Assembly (NCBI GenBank): GCA_964565975.1 | Contig: CAZMHG010000002.1 | Location: 1-26,644 of the forward strand | Length of the DNA: 26,644 bases | Source of the DNA: an uncultured Ilumatobacteraceae bacterium | GTDB lineage: Bacteria; Actinomycetota; Acidimicrobiia; Acidimicrobiales; Ilumatobacteraceae | Reading direction: 5' to 3' | Part shown: piece by piece, positions 18,308-25,209 of the stretch | Position numbering within the stretch: position 1 is the first letter of the stretch | Layout: each line of letters begins with the position of its first letter | Made by a program: the position numbers and the translations under genes | Notes under the pieces: generated by a model | The model's database searches: none | What the model was told of the DNA's origin: nothing | Seen by the model: only the letters and a program-made list of their open reading frames with translations

Positions 18308-19335
18308 GTCGATGGTGGCGTGAGAGAAACGATCTCGCCTGCTCGCAGATTGCCTTCGACGATCGTCCCGTCGAGGCCAGAACTGGCCAGCGACACAGAG
18401 ATCGGATGCTCGCGATTGCCGTCGAGCACGTAGACGCAGAGTCGGTCGGGTCCAATCGATACCAGCGCCGAGGGTGGAATCAGAAAACCTTTGAGGGGCT
18501 CGGCAAATTTCGTGAGCCCACTCACCGTGGTCGGCAATGGGGCTCCATCTGCAACGGTCTCACGAATCATGGCTTCGAGCTTGTCGAGGTTCCCGAGCGA
18601 TCCCGCCGAACTCACCACAAACTGGGTTGCGTCGTTATCGACATTGAAGAGTTGCGCGCTGGTCGACCGCAACGGAGTGCGGAGGGTGGCACTGGCCAGC
18701 CGGGGCTGGACGGACCCAACAAGTACATCGCTTCCTGCGCGAACGCGCGCCCCGGTGGTGACGGACACGGAATCCAAGGTGAGCGCAGACTCACTCCAGA
18801 CCACATCCCCCGGATCGACGGCGGTCTGGGGATCCCTACCGCGGTCGGCGTTGAAGCGTGCGAGGAGATTCGCCCGTGTGGCTTCGCCACCCCCCTGTAC
18901 ACGCAGCACGAATGCGAAGAACTCGTCGGCATCTGTGCCCGTGGTAGCCGCTGACACCGGTCGCCACAACGGCTGTCGCGCGCAGTAGAGCGTGACCGGC
19001 AGCCCATTCAGAAACAGAAGCGTGCCCCCACACTGGACTTGCCGTGCGGGCGCAACATTGACTGACGTGACCACGCCGTCTGCGTTTGGCACGACCACAA
19101 CAGTCCGCCCATCTGACCAACGTAGATCGACTACTGCTGGAGCAGATAGATCAGTTGAGCCTTCTACGACCGCAGCAGTCGACTGGCCGGCTGGCTGCGT
19201 CCCGGAGTCCGCTGGGTATCGAGTCATGGGCAGTGCCAGCGCCACCAGCGCCACCGCCCCGGCCAGCAGTATGACCAATGCGCCGACCCGGCCGACATGT
19301 GCGATCGTCGCGTTGCGCCGTGTCACCTGCACCAC
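18301..19335 (-). CDS. Membrane-fusion/periplasmic-adaptor-like protein with a degenerate peptidoglycan-binding-like segment (344 aa)
   Basis: N-terminal TM anchor; lipoyl-like DGVVTSVNVAPARQVQCGGTLL; PLWRPVSAATTGTD segment; C-terminal LIPPSALV and VEGNLRAGEIV typical of adaptor proteins. Confidence 0.7.
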   Translation of the reverse strand: MVQVTRRNATIAHVGRVGALVILLAGAVALVALALPMTRYPADSGTQPAGQSTAAVVEGSTDLSAPAVVDLRWSDGRTVVVVPNADGVVTSVNVAPARQVQCGGTLLFLNGLPVTLYCARQPLWRPVSAATTGTDADEFFAFVLRVQGGGEATRANLLARFNADRGRDPQTAVDPGDVVWSESALTLDSVSVTTGARVRAGSDVLVGSVQPRLASATLRTPLRSTSAQLFNVDNDATQFVVSSAGSLGNLDKLEAMIRETVADGAPLPTTVSGLTKFAEPLKGFLIPPSALVSIGPDRLCVYVLDGNREHPISVSLASSGLDGTIVEGNLRAGEIVSLTPPSTC

Positions 19336-19341
19336 AGTGGT

Positions 19342-19881
19342 CTAGCACTCCCCTGCGCTCTGCAGTTCGAGGGCTTTGGCCAAGAGCTTTCCGTAGATGT
19401 CACTCCCTGGGACGATCGCAGCGGGCAGAGCGACGCTGTTCTTCGTCAGACAAGGGCGAGCGGTTGCGTCGAAGAGCTCGGTCTGCTGTCTGGCGCTGGC
19501 GGCAACAAATGTTGGGTCGGAGGTTTGCCAGGCAAGTTCGATATACGAGAAGTACCGTTGGTAGCACGCATTCAACGGATCGCTCGCCGGCGCGCCTGGA
19601 GCGTCGAGCGCTCGGTTGACCTCGTAGACGATCAGTCCGGTCGAGGCGTCGACCGATCGAGTTTCGACGGCTTTCGCCTGTGATTCGTTTGCACACGTTC
19701 GGAAGCTTTGAAACGCCGCTTGGTACTCGCGGGTCGACACCAATCCATCGGCGAACGCCGACCGCTGTTCAGCCGGCAACCGCTCCACAGGAATCGGGAT
19801 CAAGGTTTTTGATTCCTTGACCCCCGATCCGCCGCACGAAATAAGAGCGAGTCCGACTGCTATCAGCGCTCTGCATCTCAA
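19342..19881 (-). CDS. Lipoprotein of unknown function (179 aa)
   Basis: TTG start overlapping the upstream TGA (TTGA); lipobox LISC; four further Cys (RTC, NAC, RPC, GEC). Confidence 0.75.
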   Translation of the reverse strand: MRCRALIAVGLALISCGGSGVKESKTLIPIPVERLPAEQRSAFADGLVSTREYQAAFQSFRTCANESQAKAVETRSVDASTGLIVYEVNRALDAPGAPASDPLNACYQRYFSYIELAWQTSDPTFVAASARQQTELFDATARPCLTKNSVALPAAIVPGSDIYGKLLAKALELQSAGEC

Positions 19882-19955
19882 CTGATCTGGTATCCGCCGT
19901 TCGAATATTGATACGCGCAGTATGAACTCGGCGGGCCCGTGAAAGCACGCTTCAT
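19878..19955 (-). CDS. 25-aa peptide MKRAFTGPPSSYCAYQYSNGGYQIS (not in the ORF track)
   Basis: AGGGAGGAG Shine-Dalgarno with GGAGG (19964-19968) 8 nt before ATG 19955; its TGA overlaps the TTG start of the lipoprotein; promoter directly upstream. Confidence 0.7.
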   Translation of the reverse strand: MKRAFTGPPSSYCAYQYSNGGYQIS

Positions 19956-19990
19956 CAGCTACTCCTCCCTAATAGGATAAGCATGTCCGC

Positions 19991-20020
19991 ACGATAACAA
20001 GGCCGACGTTCAGCCGTCAA
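19991..20020 (-). promoter_or_regulatory. Sigma70-type promoter for the peptide-lipoprotein-adaptor-ABC operon
   Basis: TTGACG (20020-20015), 18-nt spacer, extended -10 TGn-TATCGT (19996-19991). Confidence 0.7.
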
Positions 20021-20120
20021 TGGCCAGGAGTTCCCCCGCCCAGGTCACCACATCACCCTTCAGCCTCGGTCGGTGTCGCCGCCGCGGCGAGCACGGCCGG
20101 CGTGTCACGATGCGCGGTGT

Positions 20121-20258
20121 TCAGGTGGACAGCATCTGGACGAGCTCGTCCGTGAGCCGCGCAATCATCACCAGACCTGGATCGTGGTCCGGGTTCACTT
20201 CGGCAACGGTCAATGCGGCGACCTTGCCGCTGCTCAGGAAGACCTGCATCGCTCGCAT
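20121..20258 (-). pseudogene. 3' remnant (45 codons) of an arginase/ureohydrolase-family gene
   Basis: Translates as MRAMQVFLSSGKVAALTVAEVNPDHDPGLVMIARLTDELVQMLST*; EVNPDHD resembles the arginase C-terminal E(V/F)NPxxD motif; the catalytic N-terminal part is absent. Confidence 0.6.
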
Positions 20259-20267
20259 ACTGAACCC

Positions 20268-20507
20268 GTGGCCAAGGCGATCTCGGTGCGTTTGGATGAC
20301 GAGGCGGAGCGGGCATTGCGGCTCCTGGAATCGACCGGCCTGAGCCAGTCGGAAGCGATCAGGTCATCGCTGCTCGCCTCCGCCGATCGCACGCGCCGCC
20401 GCAAGCAGTTGGCCGCCGAGGTTGCTGCGCTCGAGGCCGACGCGGACGACCGGAACGAGATGCTCGAAGTGGCCGCGTTGATGGAGTCGCTGCGTGCAGC
20501 GGGGTGA
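20268..20507 (+). CDS. Ribbon-helix-helix (CopG-like) antitoxin (79 aa)
   Basis: MAKAISVRLDDEAERALRLL...SQSEAIR RHH pattern; CATACT -10 (20256-20261) 6 nt before GTG; overlaps the toxin start by 14 nt. Confidence 0.8.
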   Translation: MAKAISVRLDDEAERALRLLESTGLSQSEAIRSSLLASADRTRRRKQLAAEVAALEADADDRNEMLEVAALMESLRAAG

Positions 20508-20810
20508 CGTCTACCGGCTCAAGGTTCCCAAGGGCATCGGCCACGAGCAGCAACGTGAGCGGTGCGGCGTCGTCGTCCAGTCCGACGTGATGCTGTCGCG
20601 CTCCGTCGTGATCGTGGCCCCGACCTCCCGGAGCGCCAGGCCTGCATCGTTCCGGCCAGAGGTCGACGTCGCCGGCAGCACCACGCGGGTCCTCGTCGAG
20701 CAGCTCGGCGCTGTGAACGCGCAACGCGTGGGCCGTCGCGTCGGCAGCCTCACAGCCAAGAGATGTGGTCGGTCGACGAAGCCCTCGTGGTTGTTCTCGG
20801 ACTCGATTGA
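20494..20810 (+). pseudogene. mazF: PemK/MazF-family toxin with a frameshift near 20757
   Basis: MQRGDVY..., GHEQ, VVVQSD, VAPTS and VLVEQL motifs; the expected C-terminus (EMWSVDEALVVVLGLD*) continues in another frame, consistent with one missing base. Confidence 0.75.
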
Positions 20811-20834
20811 CGCACGCGGATCTGCCGCTCCGCG

Positions 20835-21416
20835 CTACCAACGGTCAGTCGGGTCGCTCGTCGCTCGACGAATCTCGATCGTCCGCCCAGTCGCACCGTC
20901 GATGATCGCGTCTGATCGCTCACGGGTTGGGTCGCGTCGATAGTGCTCATCCTCCGCTTCCATCCAACCCTCCCAGCCGTCGAGCGCGTCCTCGCCATCT
21001 CGTTCCACCGCGCGCTCCAGGCGTAGCTCACGGGGGGTCTCGATCCAGATGATGTAGCTGAGGTACCGAGACCACTCGCTTCGGCCCGAGGACACCCCTT
21101 CGATGATGACGATCGGAGCCGGCTCCAACGTGTGCCATTCGGCCAGGGACTCCGTTGGCCAGTCGTAGCGCTGGTAGAGCGCCGGCCTTCCTTCAGTGAG
21201 CGGCACGATGACCTGGTCGAGCAGACGAGGCCACCAGTCGATCGGGTTGTCGGCCGACGCGAAGTCGTCGGTGTGGACGATCGGAGCGCCACCGGCGGCG
21301 ACTGAGAGCTGAGCGGCAAGCGTCGACTTCCCAGACCCCCCAGGGCCGTCGACAGCGACCAAGCGGACAGGCCCCGGCCGCTCGCGGATCGCCTTCACGA
21401 TGTCCGCGAGCGTCAT
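20835..21416 (-). CDS. Uridine-kinase-like P-loop kinase (about 193 aa)
   Basis: LVAVDGPGGSGKST, VHTDDF, YQRYDW, IIEGVSS, WIETPRELRLERAVERDG. Alternative start at 21434. Confidence 0.75.
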   Translation of the reverse strand: MTLADIVKAIRERPGPVRLVAVDGPGGSGKSTLAAQLSVAAGGAPIVHTDDFASADNPIDWWPRLLDQVIVPLTEGRPALYQRYDWPTESLAEWHTLEPAPIVIIEGVSSGRSEWSRYLSYIIWIETPRELRLERAVERDGEDALDGWEGWMEAEDEHYRRDPTRERSDAIIDGATGRTIEIRRATSDPTDRW

Positions 21417-21453
21417 CACAACAGCATGACCCATGGCGGGAGCGCGGAACTGT

Positions 21454-21485
21454 AGATATTCCGGTGATCAGATACTCCGGTGATC
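21454..21485. repeat. Tandem 16-bp direct repeat, 2 copies, 1 mismatch
   Basis: AGATATTCCGGTGATC (21454-21469) and AGATACTCCGGTGATC (21470-21485), intergenic. Confidence 0.8.
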
Positions 21486-21518
21486 GGGTGCCGCTCGCGG
21501 CGGCTGGGACCCGAGTGG

Positions 21519-21794
21519 TCAGCGTGGGCGGTAGACGTCGGCGCGGTGGTCGATGCGGAGGACGGTGACTTGGTGTTGGTCGTCGTCGATGTCGTAGATG
21601 ATGCGGTAGGCGCCGCGGCGGGCTGACCAGAGTCCGGTGAGTTCGCGTTGGAGGGGGTGTCCGACGCGGTGGGGGTTCTCGGTGAGGGGTCCGAGCGTGA
21701 ACTCGACGATGGCGGGGGCAACGCGTTCGGGGAGCCGTGCGAGCTGTCGTTCGGCGGACGCAGCGACGGGGAGCTCCCAGGCGGGTTCGGTCAC
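21519..21794 (-). CDS. relE: RelE/ParE-family toxin (91 aa)
   Basis: NPHRVGHPLQRELTGLWSARRGAYRIIYDID...VLRIDHRADVYR closely resembles mycobacterial RelE/RelG; GTGA overlap with the antitoxin stop. Confidence 0.9.
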   Translation of the reverse strand: MTEPAWELPVAASAERQLARLPERVAPAIVEFTLGPLTENPHRVGHPLQRELTGLWSARRGAYRIIYDIDDDQHQVTVLRIDHRADVYRPR

Positions 21795-22069
21795 GTGGCT
21801 AGGTACTTCACCCGGAGCTGTTCGGCGTTGAGGGTCTTGCCGGTCTTGGCTTCTCGGCGGGCCTTGGCGATCTCGGCCACGGCGTCGGGGTTGGACAGGA
21901 GGTCGAGGGTGTCTTCGAGGGAGGCGAGGTCGTCGGGGCTCATCAGGATCGCGGCCGGGCGCCCGTTGCGGGTGACGGTGATGCGGTCGTGCTGTTGCTC
22001 GACGCGGTCGACCATCTCGGAGAGCTTCGCTTTCACCTCGGCCAACGGCAACGTGTCAGATATGACCAT
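21791..22069 (-). CDS. Phd/YefM-family antitoxin (about 90-92 aa)
   Basis: LPLAEVKAKLSEMVDRVEQQHDRITVTRNGRPAAILMSPDDL...ETL-like motif; start ambiguous (ATG 22069 versus ATA 22063). Confidence 0.88.
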   Translation of the reverse strand: MVISDTLPLAEVKAKLSEMVDRVEQQHDRITVTRNGRPAAILMSPDDLASLEDTLDLLSNPDAVAEIAKARREAKTGKTLNAEQLRVKYLAT

Positions 22070-22099
22070 AATTCTAGTCACGCTCTTGATCGGCGACAA
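22064..22099 (-). promoter_or_regulatory. TA promoter with an overlapping palindromic operator
   Basis: TTGTCG (22099-22094), 17 nt, TAGAAT (22076-22071); imperfect palindrome TGACcAtAATTcTaGTCA (about 22063-22080) spans the -10 box. Confidence 0.65.
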
Positions 22100-22163
22100 C
22101 CCCCGGCGAGCGGCCGTCGGTGTCCGCCGGCTATCACAGATAACGCTCTGACCAGGGGAAACG

Positions 22164-22259
22164 TGGCGGAGGTGGACGGGAATCGAACCCGCCAGATGGG
22201 GATCGCCCATCTCAACCGCTTTGAAGGCGGCGGAGTCCACCAGGCACTCGGACACCTCC
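22164..22259 (-). tRNA. selC: tRNA-Sec (anticodon UCA), 96 nt
   Basis: Acceptor GGAGGTG/CACCTCC plus GCCA end; anticodon arm GCCGC-CTTCAAA-GCGGT; long variable arm AGATGGG/CCCATCT; T arm GCGGG-TTCGATT-CCCGT. Confidence 0.93.
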
Positions 22260-22434
22260 GACGTCCACCGTAGCGCCCGGCTCTCGGCGACGGCCGACGA
22301 CGAGGTCACCCACGCCCGCCCCCATGACGGCCCAACCGATGCATGCGCGGCGACCGCGTGGCGTTGTCACACCCGTGCGGTAGCGTCGCGACCGCTTCCC
22401 CCGAATGCACGCTCGCGATGCGCGGGAGGAAACC

Positions 22435-23058
22435 ATGCTGTTGTGCTGGTCACCGAAGGGCGGCTGCGGCACCACCACTGTTGCCGGGGCGTTGGCCGTG
22501 ACGGCCTCCAACGAGGCCCCGACGTGGTTCGTCGATCTTGCCGGGGACGGCCCGGCGCTGTTCGGCGTGGACGCCGACGGGCCCGGCGTGTTCGACTGGC
22601 TCGGCTCGGCAGTGTCCACGGCCGACTCCTTGCGGCGCCTTGCCTGCCCGGTGACGGACTCGTTGTCGGTGATCCCCGCCGGTCAGCGGCGGTCGTCCGT
22701 CACCGACGACGAGTGGGGCCGTCTCGGCGACCTGCTGCGCGACACGTCGTGCGTGGTCGATGCCGGCCGGCATCCGCCTGCTGCCCTGGCCACCTCGGCC
22801 CGCCAATGCCTGCTCGTCGTGCGCAACTGCTACCTCGCTGCCTGGCGCGCCGCTCGGCGCCGTTCGCTGGCGACCGGTGTCGTGCTCGTCGAGGAGCCGG
22901 GCCGCAGCCTCGGCGCAAGCGACATCGAAGCAGCGTTGCAACTCCCGGTGCTCGCCCGTGTTGCCCTCGACCCTGCCGTGCGGCGATGCACCGACGACGG
23001 ATGTTTCGCCCAGCGTGTCCCGCGCAACCTGCTGCGCCAACTGCGGGCGCTGCGATGA
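22435..23058 (+). CDS. Ssd/CpaE-like MinD-type ATPase of the Tad locus (207 aa)
   Basis: WSPKGGCGTTTVAGALA deviant Walker A; VVDAG; GGAGG RBS before ATG 22435. Confidence 0.75.
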   Translation: MLLCWSPKGGCGTTTVAGALAVTASNEAPTWFVDLAGDGPALFGVDADGPGVFDWLGSAVSTADSLRRLACPVTDSLSVIPAGQRRSSVTDDEWGRLGDLLRDTSCVVDAGRHPPAALATSARQCLLVVRNCYLAAWRAARRRSLATGVVLVEEPGRSLGASDIEAALQLPVLARVALDPAVRRCTDDGCFAQRVPRNLLRQLRALR

Positions 23059-24038
23059 ACGGGCGCGTGCTCAGCATCGACCTCGTCGCCGAGCGCACCC
23101 CGTTTGCCGGGCTGACCCGCTTCTTGGACGACCCGGCGGTCACCGAGGTGATGGTCAACGGCGGCGGCGAGGTGTGGATCGAACGCGCCGGACGGGTCGC
23201 ACACGCCGGGCGGGTCAGCACGTCGGCAGTGCTGGCCGCGATCGAACACGTCCTCGCCCCGATCGGCCGTCGGCTCGACCGGCTCAACCCGGTGGTCGAC
23301 GCGCGCTTGCCGGACGGATCGCGGGTCTGCGCGGTGCTTCCCCCGATCGCCGTCGACGGGCCGGCGTTGGCCATCCGCAGGTTCAGCGAACACACCATCG
23401 GCCTCGATCAGTTCGCCGCCGATCCGTTGCACTCGCCGGCACCCCCGCTCGTCGATGTGCTCCACGGGTTGGTCACCGAGCGCCGCAACCTGGTGGTCAG
23501 CGGGGCGACCTCGTCCGGCAAGACGACGCTGTTGAACGCCCTGGCCTCGTACGTGCCGGCACACCAGCGCCTCGTCACCCTCGAGGACACCGCCGAGCTC
23601 CGCCTCCATCACGGTCACGTGGTCCGCCTGGAGACCAGGGACGCAACTGCCGAGGGTCTGGGCGCGGTGACGATGGCCGACCTGGTACGTGTCGCCCTCC
23701 GGCTCCGGCCGGATCGGCTGATCGTGGGCGAAGTCCGCGGGGTCGAGGCCCTGCAACTCCTGCAGGCGATGAACACGGGGCACGACGGGTCGATGGCCAC
23801 GATCCACGCCAACAGCGCAGCCGACGCGCTCGGCAGGATCGCCAGCCTGGTCCTCGCTGCGGCGCCCGCCTGGCCGCCGCAGGTCGTCCGCGAGCTGATC
23901 GGCGCGGTGATCGGGGTCGTGGTCCATGTCGCCCGAACGGCCGACGGCAGACGAATCGTCGAACACGTCATCCACGTCCGACCCGACGGCTTCGCCGGCG
24001 GCGCACTATTTCCTGCAGGGCAGGGGGTGCCGGCATGA
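23055..24038 (+). CDS. cpaF: TadA/CpaF pilus assembly ATPase (327 aa)
   Basis: EVMVNG, VDARLPDGSR, SGATSSGKTTLLN, LEDTAEL, ALRLRPDRLIVGEVRG, MNTGHDGSMATIHAN; ATGA overlap. Confidence 0.93.
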   Translation: MNGRVLSIDLVAERTPFAGLTRFLDDPAVTEVMVNGGGEVWIERAGRVAHAGRVSTSAVLAAIEHVLAPIGRRLDRLNPVVDARLPDGSRVCAVLPPIAVDGPALAIRRFSEHTIGLDQFAADPLHSPAPPLVDVLHGLVTERRNLVVSGATSSGKTTLLNALASYVPAHQRLVTLEDTAELRLHHGHVVRLETRDATAEGLGAVTMADLVRVALRLRPDRLIVGEVRGVEALQLLQAMNTGHDGSMATIHANSAADALGRIASLVLAAAPAWPPQVVRELIGAVIGVVVHVARTADGRRIVEHVIHVRPDGFAGGALFPAGQGVPA

Positions 24039-24640
24039 CCACGCTCGCCGGGCTGGCCGCGGCACTCGCCGTGATGCTGATCGCCGCGCGGGCGGTGCTG
24101 TCTGGTACGTCGCGCCACCGGCGCCACCGCCGGCGCACCGGCCGGCGGGTCGCCGACCCCGCCGCCGCCCTCACGGCTCAACTCGATCACTGGGCACGCA
24201 CGGTCCGTGCCGGCGAATCGCTCGGCACCGCGGTCTTGGCCACCGATCGGGATGGCGCCTGGCTGCGCCGGGCCGACGCGGCCGACCTCACCCTGGTGGC
24301 CCACACGCTCGACCTGTGCGCGCGCGTCGGCGGGAACCAGGCGGCGATGCTCGACGGGGCAGCGTCCACGCTGCGTGCCCGCTCCGCGATCCGAGCCGAA
24401 GCCCGCGCCCACAGCGCGCAGGCGCGGCTCAGCGTGCGGGTCCTCACCGTGCTGCCGCTCGTGGTCGCCGCATGGACCGCCAGCAGCGCAGGGGGCCGCG
24501 CCGCGTTGACGTCGCCGATCGGCCTCGCGTGCCTCGCCGCCGGAGCGGCACTCGACATCGTCGGCTGGTGGTGGATGCGTCGCCTCGTCCGCGCGGTCGA
24601 AGCACCGCGACAAGCCCGCCGTCACGGAGGGTCGACGTGA
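24035..24640 (+). CDS. tadB: TadB-like type II secretion F-family membrane protein (201 aa)
   Basis: VRAGESL, ARVGGN..AMLDGAA, AQARLSVRVLTVLP, GWWWMRRLV; ATGA overlap. Confidence 0.8.
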   Translation: MTTLAGLAAALAVMLIAARAVLSGTSRHRRHRRRTGRRVADPAAALTAQLDHWARTVRAGESLGTAVLATDRDGAWLRRADAADLTLVAHTLDLCARVGGNQAAMLDGAASTLRARSAIRAEARAHSAQARLSVRVLTVLPLVVAAWTASSAGGRAALTSPIGLACLAAGAALDIVGWWWMRRLVRAVEAPRQARRHGGST

Positions 24641-25134
24641 ACGACCGCCGCACCCCGCCCCCTCGGCGACAGCACGGCCGAACACTTTCACGCGCCGTTG
24701 AGGACGCCTGGCCGCAGGCCGTCGACCTGGTGCTGCTCACGATCGCCGCTGGCTTCCTGCCGCGCGAGGCGTTGCACACCGTTGCGCCGTCGGTCGACCC
24801 GCTGATCGGCGACTGCCTGCAGCGCGTCGAACAACGCTGCCGGGCAGGCGAGCGCTTCGGTGACGCGCTGGTCGAGCTGCGCGTCCTCGGCCCACCGGCG
24901 GTGGCCTTTGCCGACGGGCTGGCGGCTGCCGACCGGTACGGCATGCCACTGGCGCCGGTGCTCGAGCGCCTGGCCGCGGATGCCAGGGACCAGCGGCGCC
25001 GCGCCGGCGAGGCCCGCGCCCGCCAGCTTCCGGTGCGCATGGCGCTGCCGATGGTCCTGTGCACGCTGCCCGCCTTCGTCCTGTTGGCCATCGTGCCGAT
25101 GCTGATCGGCGCCATCACCCACCTTCGTCGATGA
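24637..25134 (+). CDS. tadC: TadC-like membrane protein (165 aa)
   Basis: AADRYGMPLAPVLERLA, ARARQLPVRMALPMVLCTLPAFVLL; GTGA overlap with GGAGG upstream. Confidence 0.8.
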   Translation: MNDRRTPPPRRQHGRTLSRAVEDAWPQAVDLVLLTIAAGFLPREALHTVAPSVDPLIGDCLQRVEQRCRAGERFGDALVELRVLGPPAVAFADGLAAADRYGMPLAPVLERLAADARDQRRRAGEARARQLPVRMALPMVLCTLPAFVLLAIVPMLIGAITHLRR

Positions 25135-25209
25135 CGCCCCACTCGACCCACCGGGTCCGAACCCGTACCGCCGGATCGTCTCCGGCGGCCGAACGTCCGG
25201 AGGACGCCC

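Larger units (their letters stand above)
16580..22163. mobile_element. Putative decayed genomic island at the 3' end of tRNA-Sec
   Basis: Abuts the selC 3' end; contains two TA modules, a frameshifted toxin, a gene remnant and an AT-richer operon. No integrase or att duplication seen, so the left boundary is approximate. Confidence 0.55.

Noticed and set aside
19866-19955. Selenocysteine read-through of the 25-aa peptide's UGA
   Set aside because: Read-through adds only Asp-Ala-Glu-Arg before another TGA and no SECIS-like hairpin is evident; the TTGA overlap explains the stop.
20494-20943. 149-aa intact toxin as given in the ORF track
   Set aside because: Similarity ends near 20757; the tail is out of frame and overlaps the convergent kinase gene.
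16440-22163. attL-type duplication of the selC 3' end, integrase or IS
   Set aside because: No second copy of the tRNA 3' end, recombinase or transposase motif found by eye; a computed search could still find a degenerate copy.
21791-22309. 172-aa version of the antitoxin
   Set aside because: The N-terminal extension reads through the tRNA-Sec gene and the TA promoter.
22357-22371. Possible CRP/GlxR site upstream of the Tad locus (CGTGG...TCACA)
   Set aside because: Half-site spacing is one base short of TGTGA-N6-TCACA and the left half is poor.
22221-25134. Extended track ORFs 22221-24038, 22760-24640 and 23926-25134
   Set aside because: True starts are at the 4-nt overlaps (23055, 24035, 24637); the extensions run through the tRNA or neighbouring genes in shadow frames.
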